A stretch of DNA of 58,424 nucleotides, filler included, from Platydemus manokwari (Eukaryota), in the NCBI GenBank assembly GCA_037951405.1. It is 5 parts of 5 records of this genome, joined end to end, with 100 filler letters (N's around TTAATTAATTAA, not from the genome) between each part and the next. Parts side by side here need not be neighbours in the genome. Positions count along the whole stretch, not along the records: positions 13,434 to 28,190 come from JBBMOY011399201.1; positions 28,291 to 38,038 come from JBBMOY011210321.1; 3 more parts are not named here. One strand, written 5' to 3'. Positions 24,150 through 37,450 of the stretch are shown here, piece by piece. Position numbers and translations under genes: made by a program. The notes beneath the pieces are model-generated. The model had not been told where the DNA came from. It saw only the letters and a list, made by a program, of their open reading frames with translations, and made no database searches. Position 1 is the first letter of the stretch; every line of letters starts with the position of its first letter.

Positions 24150-25516
24150 ATTGAAATAATTCTTCTGCGCAAATAGAACTCTTTAAAAAACCTGTACTGA
24201 AGGTTTTATTATTGGTTCTTTTGCATGTTTAATCTTATCCTTATTTTGATTGTATCATCTTTTTTCATTAATCTATTGACTAAATCTTCTCTTATTACAT
24301 TAAGCTCAATTTCAGTATCAAAGAGCAATCAATTTTCTCATTCTCAACTTTAAAATCCACTTTTGGCTTAATTCTGCCTTTACTGCTTTTGCCAACATTC
24401 GTCTTGGTTTAACTCCTTGCCCATTCACAATCTGTGCATAATTGTACTAGATCAAATTAAATTGATTGAGCTTAGACTTTCTTGGCTTAACTTATTTCCA
24501 GTTACCCATATCTAACATATTAAAGTCTTTCTGAGAAAATGTATCTAAGCTCGAGACAGTGTCCTGTTCTGATGTGATGCTTCTTTCTTTGGTATTTAAG
24601 TATTTGACATCCTTGACATCTGTAAAACAATCTTAGCAGATGGAGACCACCACATGGAGAACGTTCAATTGACTTACAAAAACGAGCATAATGTACTTTT
24701 TGTTTACACTTGAAACAAGTTACGTCTTCAATTGATTTCTCTTGCAATCTGACTTTCGAAGAGTTTCTGCGCACTTTTAATTTGGCAATATAGTGCTTGA
24801 GCTTTGAATTCTCAACCTTTAATCTGCTCATCCTATACATCTGATTTTATATGTTTCATATTCTACGGCATATCCAAATCTTTGGATTCTGACTTGGAGA
24901 CATCAGTTTCTTCCTTGATACGTTAGACTGCTTTATCAACCTCTTACTGAGAAGCCCTTTAATGCATATATTCTTTGAAACCTCTTCCTTATTTTGAATA
25001 CTAATTCTTTTTGAAAATTCTTTGATGGACTCTGATGACAGTGTATGAAGTGTCCCAATTATCGTACATGACGTCATTCTTGATTTCTTCTTTTTGTATA
25101 TATCGGGAAGAATTTTCTAAATTGAAGATAACTGTCTTACGTAACTTAAATCGGATTTTATTTCAGACTTTACACCAGAACCTACATAAATTAATATTAA
25201 TTTGTTTCTCAAATTTTGTTGTTTCTTCTACATATTAGTACACTGAAGTAAGAAATTCTTTCACATTTTTATAATTAAAAATAGTTGGTTTCTTGAAAAT
25301 TAATCGAGCTATTTCTAAATCTCCTCGTAACTCCACGTGATAAATAAATGTAGAATATTAATATTTATTAATTCAAAAAGTATTACAAATATATAGCATT
25401 TAAACAAATACATATTTATATATACATATATTACAAATGCCAAATACGACGAATTAACAATTGACGAAACTGTACTTGAAAAAACTAGAGAAACTTTCGC
25501 AATACTAGGTGTTACA
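24150..25516 (-). mobile_element. Ty3/gypsy 5' fragment: short LTR (25326-25516), gag with zinc knuckle, protease remnant
   Basis: TGTAAC...GTTAC-bounded ~190-bp LTR; TCFKCKQKVHYARFC (CX2CX4HX4C); LLFDTEIELNVI resembling the ALLDTG protease motif; frameshifts. Confidence 0.75.
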
Positions 25517-26879
25517 TAGAAAAGAAGTTAACATGAAGTTGCGGAGAAACAAAAAGTTTGTGTGATAAAATATTTTATAATCTATAATATTAAGATCTTA
25601 TATCAAATTCAAATCAACTACTCCCGACTATAAATTTCTTGAGTTAAAATAACGTTGCTAAGTAAACTAATTGTGTGCTGAACCGATTATTAATTAAATA
25701 ATCAATTTCAAAATTTACATTTGTAATGAATAACAATTACATTTTGTTGTTTATTTTTGAATTTTACTTTTAGTTATTATTTTTGAATTATCTGACTATA
25801 CCTTTTGTGAATCTGATTATTTAATCTTGCATGAAAAATTGTATTTATGATTTCGATTTATTTATGTGAAAAATTATATATAAACGAAAAAATAAAAATT
25901 ATAAAATTCAAATTATATATTCTATATCAAAACCACATAATTGAAAAACAATATTAATAACAATTATTATTTTGCGGGATAATAATAATATTAAAAATTA
26001 TTATAAGGAATGATAATAATATAAATTATAAATACCGGCAAAAATTAATTAATTAAAATGTGGGCGTATTTGTGATCAAAAATTGAAATTTTAAATGTAG
26101 GAGAAAAAGTAAAAGATTATAAATAATATGGATGAAAAATAAATTAAAATTATTAATTTAGTCGGATTTGAAAAATAATTTCAATATCCAATAAGAAAAT
26201 AGAAAATAATAATCCAAAAGGATTATTCAGAATCCGCCCTGAAAAACACTATATAAGGAGTGGCAAAGCCACTAATTTCACTTACTAAGTTTTGAGTCTC
26301 ACAAAAGTTGTTAGACGATATCACAAGGATTAAAAGGACTAAATTATTTGGAGAAGGATTCTATAAAAAAGTGATACGACAAAAGATAAAAAGATGTGAT
26401 TACGACATTTAAAAAGTGTGATTTGAGTTTTCTTTTCAAAAGATATCTTAAAATTATATATCAACACAAAGGAGGTTCGTTATCGGAACCTTCCTTTGTG
26501 GAGCACTCATTTCTTAACCTGCGTATTGCATAAATTGAAGTATTTTTTTGTTTGAGTAAAGAATTTCGTTTGAATTTTAATGGGATTTTACTGTAGTCAA
26601 GTTTAAACATATTTTTACAATGTTATAAAGGAAAGAATAAGTTTTATTGATATAGTTCTTGAATTTATTTATTTGATTATAATTATAGAAGCACCGGACT
26701 GACACTGCGCTTCAACCGGTAGTAACGAACTCACATATATAGGTTGATTACAGAACCATAAACCACGCCATATATGTAACTCATTTGCTCATCACTTACA
26801 ACAGCTAAGCTTTGTTCATTGTCTGGAACAGAACTTCGTTCATTACCTAAGACAGAGGTTTACTCATCTTCATGGACAA

Positions 26880-27170
26880 CTATCCTTTCATTGTATTTCG
26901 CAATATGCTTTCGTGATTTTCACGTGCTTCAAAAGCTTGAATAGTCTTAAATATTTTAAAAAATTTGGCATTTATATGCGTTCATTTTTAAGATTATATT
27001 TTGCATAGGGTTTTTATTTATTGATTTAAAAATAAATTTTATTTGATATATAGAGGTTATAGAGAATTTATAGAGGTCTGTCTTTCGACGGTGTAATTCT
27101 TAAATACGAACGAGTGAGAGCAAGTGAGTATTTGAGGATCAGGGTTCAAAGACTGGTGTAAATAACTACT
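26880..27170 (-). mobile_element. Second, truncated copy of the palindromic terminus plus zinc-finger ORF start
   Basis: 27080-27170 gtcttt..gtgtaat..aaatac..gtatttgagg..aaagactggtgta.aataACTACT; ATG at 26985 reads MNAYKCQIF/IFKTIQAFEAR/KSRKHIAKYN with frameshifts, homologous to the ORF at 23889. Confidence 0.8.
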
Positions 27171-27629
27171 TATTTGTGTTATTTTTTCATTATTGCTAGT
27201 AAAAATATTTAAATAGTAAGTCGTTAGTGTACAAAGTTATTTTTCAATAATCTATCAATAAAACAATGCCTCAAAGACAACGCAGACAACAAATAAAACT
27301 GGTTTGTAACTGTATAACTATCAAATTTTCTTTATCAATAGTTTATTTATCGATCAATTTACTTTGTTCACTAAATTTCGCATACTTATAAGTTTTTAGT
27401 TAAAATTTTCTTCATTTATTTTATAACTTCATTTTGAATTATTGCGATATATAATGTGAATGGAAATTTTGCATTTTTATTCTTGCTCCATTTATATAGA
27501 ACAAATTCAAAAAAATTAAAATTGGTTAATAGTCTAATTTGATTATACAATAAATTAAAAATAATCTTTTAATTATTTTATACTTATTGTTTTACTTGGT
27601 TAAGAATTTCAATACATGAATTAAATAAC

Positions 27630-28190
27630 ATGGATTATGTTGATGAATTATCTTTCAAACTTTCAAATATTCGTGAAATATCTCATATGTCTGTAGATCC
27701 TATTGGAAATATCGATTTTGTTGAAAAAAAGATTTCATTTTTAAATGAAAATGTGATTAATTCTTGTCAAGATTTTGATATTTTGTCAGGCTTTGATGAA
27801 AATTACAAACCAATTTCTTCTATAAAGGATGAAGATTATATTTTACATTGTATTTTGAATTTGCAGCTTTCAAAAAAGTATCTTACAAAAATCTTAGGCA
27901 AATAATAAGTTACAGTTTAGAATCATTCCAATGAAATTTGTTTCATATCGAGGAACTTACACAAAAATAGCTTATTGGCCATATGAAATTAGAGACGATT
28001 TAATGTTGTCTGTAATAAAAACTAAGGGAGTGGTTTTCATATGGCTTTATAAATCATGTAATGAAAATGAAGAATTAATTGCTCGTAAATGTTATTATTC
28101 AGCATATCGATTTAAAAAATTAATAACTCATATGCACAGTGATGATGTCGAAGGTAATTCAATATGATATTTTTCATGAGGTTTGAATTG
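27630..28190 (+). CDS. Unknown multi-exon gene (possibly beta-propeller), truncated by gap; a candidate first exon lies at 27266-27301
   Basis: ORFs 27630-27905 and 27931-28167 join in frame through a 43-nt GT-AG intron (27878-27920); IAYWP..LMLSVIKTKGVVFIW resembles a WD-like strand pattern. Confidence 0.6.
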
Positions 28191-29641
28191 NNNNNNNNNN
28201 NNNNNNNNNNNNNNNNNNNNNNNNNNNNNNNNNNTTAATTAATTAANNNNNNNNNNNNNNNNNNNNNNNNNNNNNNNNNNNNNNNNNNNNTATTTTATGT
28301 TATGACTTGTGTATTTAAAAGAAATTAATTTCATATAATCTTAACTATAAGATTAATAAATTCAATCATTAAACAATTAATTATTAAGTAATTAATTATT
28401 TACTTAAATAATTCAATAAGATCTAATAAAGAATATTTTATTAAATTTAATATAAGTGCGTGGTTATTATTTCATTAAATGATTTGGTTCCAATATCAAT
28501 AGGGGATTTAGTCCCCCCCGCCAGCAAAAACCCCTAACGACTGCCACATGAATTTATTTTTGAATTTTTAAATAATATTTTTGATTTCAATAAATAATTT
28601 CTTTTCAATTCTTATAAATAATTAATATTAATAACATCTTATTAAAAAATTAAAAAAAAAACAATTAATATTTGATATTATAATTGTTATCTTAGTGAAT
28701 ATGAGTAACATTCTCACAATTGATAATGTGAATAATTAATATCGTTAATAACACAAATCAAATGTTAAATTTTAGAAAGCAAATTTTAAAATGAAAGAGA
28801 TAATTTTAAAAATAAAACAAAAACTTCTCAGAAAATTAGTTTTTAATAAAAATGAATTATTTATCACCACTTAATTCGTGTATATCTCGCTGATAATATA
28901 AAACCAATGAATTAATCTTGTAAAAACCAAGTACTGACTAAAAGCATAATTTAAAATTCTGCATTGAATTAATGATTTCGTCTGTAGAACGAATCTTCAT
29001 AAAACGCAAACCCAAAGAACGAAGCTTTTTTTCATCAACATGATTAGTTAAATAAGTAATAAACTAACAAAGAACAATTAAATTAATTATTCTTTTGTTT
29101 GTTTTAATCGATTCACATTTAGTATTATCAAGAAGAAAAATAGAATCATTGTCATCGACTTTATTTTTTTTAGACCAGATTGATTAATTAATTGTTTCCA
29201 GCGCCATATTAATTTTAAACAACTTTCACACTCGTCCCATTTTCGCCAATTGCTCGATTCCATGATTTATTATCCCAAAAACCCAATGGAAAAATAAACT
29301 TATTCGATAATTTGGTGTTGTATGTCGATTCTGATTGATATAATATTGTATTGGAATGATAATATCGATCTGGATTTCTATTATTTACATTTACTAAAAC
29401 ATTATTCGAATTACTGCTATCATGTTGAAGAAAAATTTGTAGAATGTGTGTGAATAGTAATTAACAATCCAATTTCAGACTTCATTTAAGTTGACAAATC
29501 AAAAATGTTCAAAAATTTTCATGTTTTAATTAATATTTCATTTTGATTTTATTTAGAATAATTCTTTTTTAATATCGTATTGATTTTCCAATTGACAGTG
29601 ACAATGACACGCAAACACACGCACACACACACATTTTTATA

Positions 29642-29815
29642 CTGGGTGTCCAAAAATGTTCACCCGATTTTATAAGATTATTTAGCATTGTTGCATATTT
29701 GGTTCATTTATAGTTATCATTGTGCTAGTAGCTCTCATTCACCATAGAAAAAAATTCATTGAAACACTTGTATTCGTTTATCTCTAGAATTAGACAAAAC
29801 TTTTTGGACACCCTG
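29642..29815. mobile_element. Tc1/mariner-type MITE (~174 bp)
   Basis: TIRs ctgggtgtccaaaaa / tttttggacaccctg, TA on the left side. Confidence 0.75.
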
Positions 29816-32800
29816 CACATTGAAATAACTATTCTTATTATTACAATTGGTATTTTCATTACTATTTTATTATAATATTATTATTGTTATTTATTTGTAT
29901 TATTATTTTCATCATATTATTTATTTTATGGTCGATTTTAATGTTTCTCTTCCATTATATAAAATCCCATAGCATTAATTCGACATTTTATTATTGATAC
30001 ATATGTATTCGTTTGTAATACTTTACTTGGTATTTTACTCCAAACTCAGCTTGCAAAAACGAGGAAATGACAAAGCATCATATTTATAAAACAAATACCA
30101 TTATCATAAAATAATATCTTTGCAAAATAATCACATATATAATGCAGATATTTATTATTTATCTACACTTGCAATTCTGCCATTTCAAAATTATTTTCAT
30201 TTTCAAGAACTTATCTCTCTCTCTCTCTACATATATATATATGTCGATTTAATAATACATTTTATAATATAAGAATTATCGATTTTTACGTATACACAGC
30301 CGCACAATACCAAAATATTCACATAATAGCAAATTTATCGTAATCCCGTTCACCATTTTCTATTAACTATATCAATAAATTTATTGATGTTTACACTATT
30401 CATTTTTTAATGTTTGATTTGCATTGACCAGTTCCATACCTATCAGGTTATATTGACTAACTAGATGAATTAACTTATGTGGCTACAATATGTATAAAAT
30501 TGTTTATCAATGTATTGATTTTCGAAATAAAATAACAAATCACATTTTGTTATTATTATTACGGTAGTTATAACAATAATAAAGTCGTTAGGCAATTTTC
30601 GTAGTTCTTTCTATTCAACAGTTTAATAATCTGCTTTCTAAGCATTTCGGGTGCTTTAAATTCACGGGTACTTTCTACTTGTCTACATGCATCCGCTCTA
30701 ATTGCATATTCTATTCAAATCAGCATTTACCTAATAATAATACTAATAAATAATCATTATTATTACTATTATTATTATTAATCTACATTATTATTTTTGT
30801 TTGGTTCAGTTGCAACCATCTAAAATTATTATTAAAACTTGTTCATCAATTTCATCATAAGCATAATTTTTAAAACACATCTTATCACACTTTAGACGTT
30901 GTAATATCTAGTTAATGCTCTTTTTCCTAATAATGTCACTATGCATCTGAAACCCGATTAGATTTGAGATTTTTTTTTATACTTATCTTCTCTAATTGAT
31001 TAATTGAAAGAGTTTTTCATGTATAGGATGAGCTTTTAAAAAAGGAAATCTGTAGTAGATTGACGAAACACTTTGAAATGGCAGAATAGATTTTTGAAAT
31101 ATTTAAATGAACATAGATTTATTAAAATGATATTTGCTTGAAAATATTTTTGTCAATTTACAATATTTCTCTATTTTAATTTTCTACTTGGATTTATTTA
31201 AAATTATTAATAAAAATCCGTTTATCTATTCAATCCATCCAATTTTTCAGTAATATCTGCAAATTTAGTCATTTTCTTCTATTCCTTCCTCGTCGATAAT
31301 TCTATATACATATTTCATCAACAAAGTAATAAGTAGTTTCTTCACTATTTTTGTCCCGAAAAAGTCATAATCGGATGAAAATTTTATTAATTTGATTATA
31401 TTTAAAATTTAATATACGTCAATTTTCTTTCAACTCGATTTATTTATCTTTCTAGATCATTTGATAGAATTATTCGGCTCCTTTATCTATCAAATTTAGT
31501 TGATATCCTCGGGTTAAAATTTATTTATTAGATTATTTATTTTCTTTTTCACTCTGTTAATAATTCTTTTAAACATTGTAGCCCATTTACTTTTGGTAAC
31601 CAAAAGTACCAAGAAGAATTTACCGATGAATTGATCTTTTCCTTGTCGTTATTAGGATTTATTTAATTAAATAAAGTTGTTGTAATAATGAGATAAATGA
31701 TTAAACAATACAGTTTATTGCAGTTTAACATTTATTCTGTCAACGTAACACCTTACTTCCACGAATGTAAAACTGTCCTTGCTTGATGCTTAAAAGATAT
31801 TTAACTGCAAAACTAAAGTGTTTTTCAGTAAATTTATAATTGCTCTAAATTAAATGGTTGTAACGAACGTATATTATTTTGTCATAAGAACAAATATACA
31901 ACATGTCACTCTGTTGTTAACACAGAATGTTATAAGCAATTCCTATCATTGACAGACAGCAATATTTTGAAATTCATTCTGGTATGCGCGCAAATTGACT
32001 TCTGGCATTGACCTACTTATTTGACGCCTATATAGCCACATTGTCTATCAGTGAGTTCAAATTGAAACTATGAATGCTCAATCTTCCAAAGTTAACTCTG
32101 ACATTTTAATAATACAAATTCATATGAAAATATTTTATTATTTTAAAATAATGTCAAAACTCAATAATTCAATATTATTACAATTCGAAAATATTTAAGT
32201 TTAGCGAAAATTGCATCAGAAGTATTTTAATTTCAAAATGGATTTATAAAAATATCTTTTCATCAATTCTGAATGAACTTCTAAAATAGGAAAATCATTA
32301 TCGCACAGTAAAACAGATCCGTATTAATGAAGCAATAATTTTTATAAGTTTCCAATTAGTAATATTTCAGAAATCATGTTTCCGTAGAGAATGCTCAATA
32401 AATTTCCATCACGAAATCCTGTTTTTCAAGTCATAAAATTGATTTGATTTCAGTTTCTGTGTTTAAAATAAATCTTTCCTCGAAATGGAATTCTGTTGAC
32501 GGACAATATTGAGGTTTCATTTGTTTTTCTTTACTTTAATTAATTATTTTTTATTTTAATTTGATAATGTGTTGTTAATTAATGGTTTATTAAAATCAAC
32601 GGAAAGATTTAAAATCAGTGATTCACATCACATTGTTTAAAAATTCTTCAACAACTTCAGATTGTGAAAATAAAGAAAAAACTAATAATATTAAAACCTA
32701 TTAATGTTAGATTAAACGAAAATTTGAACTTATTATATTTACTGAATTATTACAAAATATATTATAAATAATAATTGGGTCTGTGATTTTTATGATACAA

Positions 32801-34753
32801 CAAATATTCATAGCCCGAATATTTTGGAATCTTATATCAGTCTGAGGAAAAAAGTATAAGCCAAGCATATCCTAATTCATACAAGTGATTCTCAAACTGG
32901 AGTAAACTTCGAAGGAGCCATTTGGTTTTGATTTTTGATTATTGATCCTAATTTTTAATTGCTAACTTAAAATTTTAAATGTCAGCGAAAATTTTAAAAA
33001 CCTGTCGAAATAACTAAAAAATATTTTAATATAATCTAAACGTGATTTTGTTACCATTCATAATTAGTTGAACTGGAACTCCAAAAATCTATTTTTAATT
33101 GTTTCGTGTAAATAATTATTTAATATTTGTAACAATTAAAATTTATTCGCGCTTGTTAAAGTAACTTCAAAAATTTTAAGAGAGAAATTCTAAAAGTTTT
33201 TCAAACTATTGAAGATAATAGATTACAAGTATTCTATAGTAAATTCCAAATAATAATTTTATATTGATATTAAGTGACTAGATATAATATATTTTATTAT
33301 TACAATAACACTAATTATTCGTAAGTATCATTTCAAAGAAAATAATTCTTTGATCAGTCAAATCGGGTAAATACGATTATAATCATTTAAGGAATTTTTA
33401 TTGACTTGATTTAGACACTATTTTTGTTTTATATAAATACAGTGAGTGGTTTCGCTTTGTAATGCATTTGAATGAAAGAGCTTTTCATCGAGTTTAGTCA
33501 AAATAGATTTTTCAAGATTTTAAAATTAACTATTAACCTGTGATTAGTGTGATGGATTTGTATAGAAACTATGTTATATGTTAGTATAATCGTTTTCGTA
33601 TATATATTTTTTAATCTTCGAAATTGATATTGGATCCAAATTAATGTACTACTTGTCATTAATTAAGAAACCGTTATCATAATAATCATAAATATTATAA
33701 TAAAAATTTTAATTCATTGCATGAAATGCACTTGATGAAGATAATTTAATATAAAAATAATTATTGAATTAAATGGTGGTTTCATGCATTCTTTGATGTG
33801 GGGAGGAATATTTCCAATGAAGTTCTGAGGCTTATAAAATTGAACCAAATTTAATGAAAAGAAAATATGATTTTTATCTGATTGCTTTTCATTTGCTTTA
33901 TGTTTGGTGAAGTTGAATATTCATATTTAAATGCATATTATATTTAAATTAATAAATTACCACAAAAAATCTCTTGTTTTAACTAATGAAATATAATGAG
34001 AAGATTTGGGAAAATAACTTTGAATTTTTGGAATTTCAAACGACCTTGATAAATTAATGAGTTTGTGAGGGATTTGGTGTAATGGAGGTATCTTGAAATC
34101 ATATCTGGTAGCTACAGGTCAACAGTATGACTTATTTGAGTGTAGGTTTGGGTCCACTTCAAGAGGAAATGATGAGAAGAAATGATTATTAAAAGGCATA
34201 TTGATAGATTTGATGTTGAAATTTTCTATTTTTAAACCCCTATACCTTTCAATAAAATAATATTTTATCAAATCTTTTAATTCTATAAACTGGTAAAACA
34301 CCTCACAGAAATATTATTAAAATTTTGACTGCAGAATGCATTTAATCTCGTAATTTATAATTTATCGTAAAACGTTAAATATAAAACTGTGAATAACATG
34401 TTTGATTTGAAAAAAAAACTATTAATTTTACTATCGTAAAATACTTTTCGACATTTTTCATTTACTATGTAGAATAGACAACCAAGTTAGACGAAATTTC
34501 ACATTACAATTTAATTACTTTATAATTCGGTTGCATTTAATGACTTTCATAGGAAATTTATTTGCAATTTCACATTTTATGAATTCTTCACAATTCACAA
34601 TTATCCGGATTTGACATGAAATACACACACATGTTTTATTTGTAGCAAAAAAACACACCAACTTTTTTAAACTGATTTGAGTTATATTCATTCAGGTAAA
34701 TTATTTATTTAAATCATTTTAGACTAACTTTCATTTTGATTATCCTCATTGAA

Positions 34754-35878
34754 ATAGAGTGTCACGTAGATAAAAATGAACACTTCCTGCATCTACTTCT
34801 TTATATTTTAATAAACATTTAAACGCAGTAGAAAGCCACCAGAATTATTTGTTGTGTTTATGGAGAAAAGGCGATCAGTGAACGAACAGCACCTAGGTGG
34901 TTTTCGAAATTTAACAGTGGAAATTTGGATTTAAAAGATGTACCTCTATCAGACAATTGATTCATAATGATCCGTGTCAATCGACACTAGCGCTTGAACA
35001 AGCCATGAAATGTGATCACACCTACTTCGTGACATCTCAAGAAAATGGGAAAATTTCCAAAGTTTGGATCATTGGTGCCTCACCTTATCAAAGAAAGTCA
35101 CAAAAATCAACGTGTTTTGATTTCTGCATCTTTACTCCCTCGCCATAAAACTGCTGTGCAGCAACGCTAATATTTTCTTTCCAGTATCGTAATAGGTGAT
35201 GAGAAATGGTGCCTGTATATAAATTTGAAACACGAAAAAGCTTTTGTAAGTCTTCAAAAGCAACCACAACCACGTGCGAAACCAGAAGCTCATCAAGGCA
35301 AAATCTTGTTGAGCGTTTGATGGGACCAAGTTGGTGTTATTCATAACGAAATCTTGCCAATAAACTAAACAATTATTGTCTAACTTTATTGTGAATAACT
35401 CAAGTGAGTTAACACTGTAATCAAAGCAAAGAAGACCAATATGAAGCAACATGACAATGCTGTCACCACAATGACAAAGTTGGCTATTGAAGAGCTTGGT
35501 TGGGAAGTTCTTCTCCATCCTCTATATTCGCACGACTTAGCCCAAACAGATTTTCATCTTTTCCAATCCATGTCGAACCATCTTCCTGGACTTACATTTG
35601 AAAATTAAGAAGTAATAACAACGTGGATTGTAGAATTTTTCAACCAAAAATCACCAAGTTTCTTCAAATGCGGGATTAACAAACTGCCAGAAAGGTAGAA
35701 AAAAGTGATCGTTTGTGGCAAAGAATATCTCACTGATTGAGACTGAGATATTTGTTTTTCTAATGATTTCATAAATTAATTTTATTATCTGGAATTTTTT
35801 GCATGGTTTTCATTCTTGATCAGTATGTATTTTTCATAATTGTTAAAATACCTCACAAACTTATGCACAAACCTAATA
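34754..35878 (+). pseudogene. Mariner (DD34D) transposase pseudogene with right TIR
   Basis: xECHVDKNEHF start, VYGEKAISERTAPRWFSKF, IVIGDEKWCLY, KILLSV*WD, QHDNA, GWEVLLHPLYSHDLAQTDFHLFQSM, GINKLPER*KKVI; TIR cacaaacttatgcacaaacctaa followed by (TA)n. Confidence 0.93.
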
Positions 35879-36719
35879 TATATATATATATATATATATG
35901 CCAATAATCAGAAACTTACATGAATAATAAGATAGTAGAATACGATGTCTTTAAAAGACTCTTTTCGATTGAAGCTTCTCAGTTGGAGAACATGGCGATG
36001 TCAATTTTAATGTTAAAAAACAATAATAAATTACGCTAAAATTTCTGTTTTATTTTTTCAATAATTTTTTAACTGCTAAGTTGATTTCGTTTGTATTTGC
36101 GTGACAAAATTGGGGATTCATTTTCGAGCAAATAAATTTGGAGATTATTTTTAATTAAAATTAATCAATGTAGATAAATTTGTTTTTGAATTTTCTATTT
36201 TCAATATTAAGTCGATCGTTTGTTTTCGTATTTCTGGGTCATATTTGCACTAATTAGTATCACAAAATATGATCTGTCTGATAAAGGTATGAATTTTTTT
36301 CTATCGATGAAAGTTTTAAACTCAAGTTTGAGCTGTGATGCTTTTTAATTTTCTTTATTAAATGCGTTTTTTATTGATTCGATTCAAAGGGTTGAAAAAT
36401 GTAGAACGTTGTTGTGATTCAAGTTGCACTATACGATTTAGAGAAATAAAATATAATTGTTTTAAATTTTTCCGATCTGAAGTCTCTGTGTAAATAAATT
36501 TGTTTCTCTCAAAACAAAAAGGAAGATTAATTGCTTATATTAGATCTGACATACGTTCACGATTTTTTATAAACCTTTATTTAATGCTATCTTAGATTAA
36601 TGATACATATCGGAAAGAATTATTTCAATCATGTCCATGGATTGGAAGTTTAAATTTATCACTTTTTTTAATTCGATGAGTTTTCACAGGTGTTCAGTGA
36701 TAAAATAAGGGGAAATAAA

Positions 36720-37450
36720 TACAAGGCATGTGGGAAGACCTTGGAAGGTTTATGGACAAGACATTCAGAAACTATTATATGTCAAAATGTTGGACATATT
36801 ATTAGAGCTATATAATATTAAGTAGGAGTTTAGCTACCATATATATGACACAGTATCTCAATTCTATAGTACTACAATTTTTTACGAGAAAAGATACATA
36901 AAACGTTAAATAATGTCCCATTTTACAGATTCCCAGTTATACTTCCTATCCTTTCTTTATTCTCAACGCACTAGGTCAATCCTCATCGATAGAGTGGTGA
37001 ACTACCGGGATCTACGATAACGAGTTGTTCATCGAGGAATTAATCTGAACCTACCTATGCCGGAATCGATTAATCAGTGTTCTCTTAATAGAAGAGATTA
37101 GAAGTATTCACTAAAATGTTAATCATTTCAAATGAGATAATCAAATGGGCATAATGATTCATTGCTCGATGTGATTAAGTGAAATAATTGATAATAGAAT
37201 TATTTGATTTTATGTGGGGATCAAGTCAAACGATCAAAGTCTGGGAAAATATTTATGAATGAGCTGTTATCTCAATATAAGCGGCGCAGTGACAACCTGG
37301 AATAATGTTCTCTTGGGATATGAATGATCCACATAGGAATCACTCATACTCTTTCTTTCTTTTACAAGCCCAAGATCATGAAGTCTTTACCATTATGAGC
37401 ATCCCAAGAGCATAGAATCACGATGTCAATGATATTAATGTTAGTATCGT
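36720..37450. pseudogene. Very degraded transposon coding remnants (integrase-like on +, possibly IS1595-like on -)
   Basis: GC-richer than flanks; HVGRPWKVYGQDIQK weakly resembles the integrase HHCC region; multiple stops. Confidence 0.25.

Noticed and set aside
35088-35518. Minus ORFs of 61 and 128 aa
   Set aside because: Antisense to the mariner transposase pseudogene.
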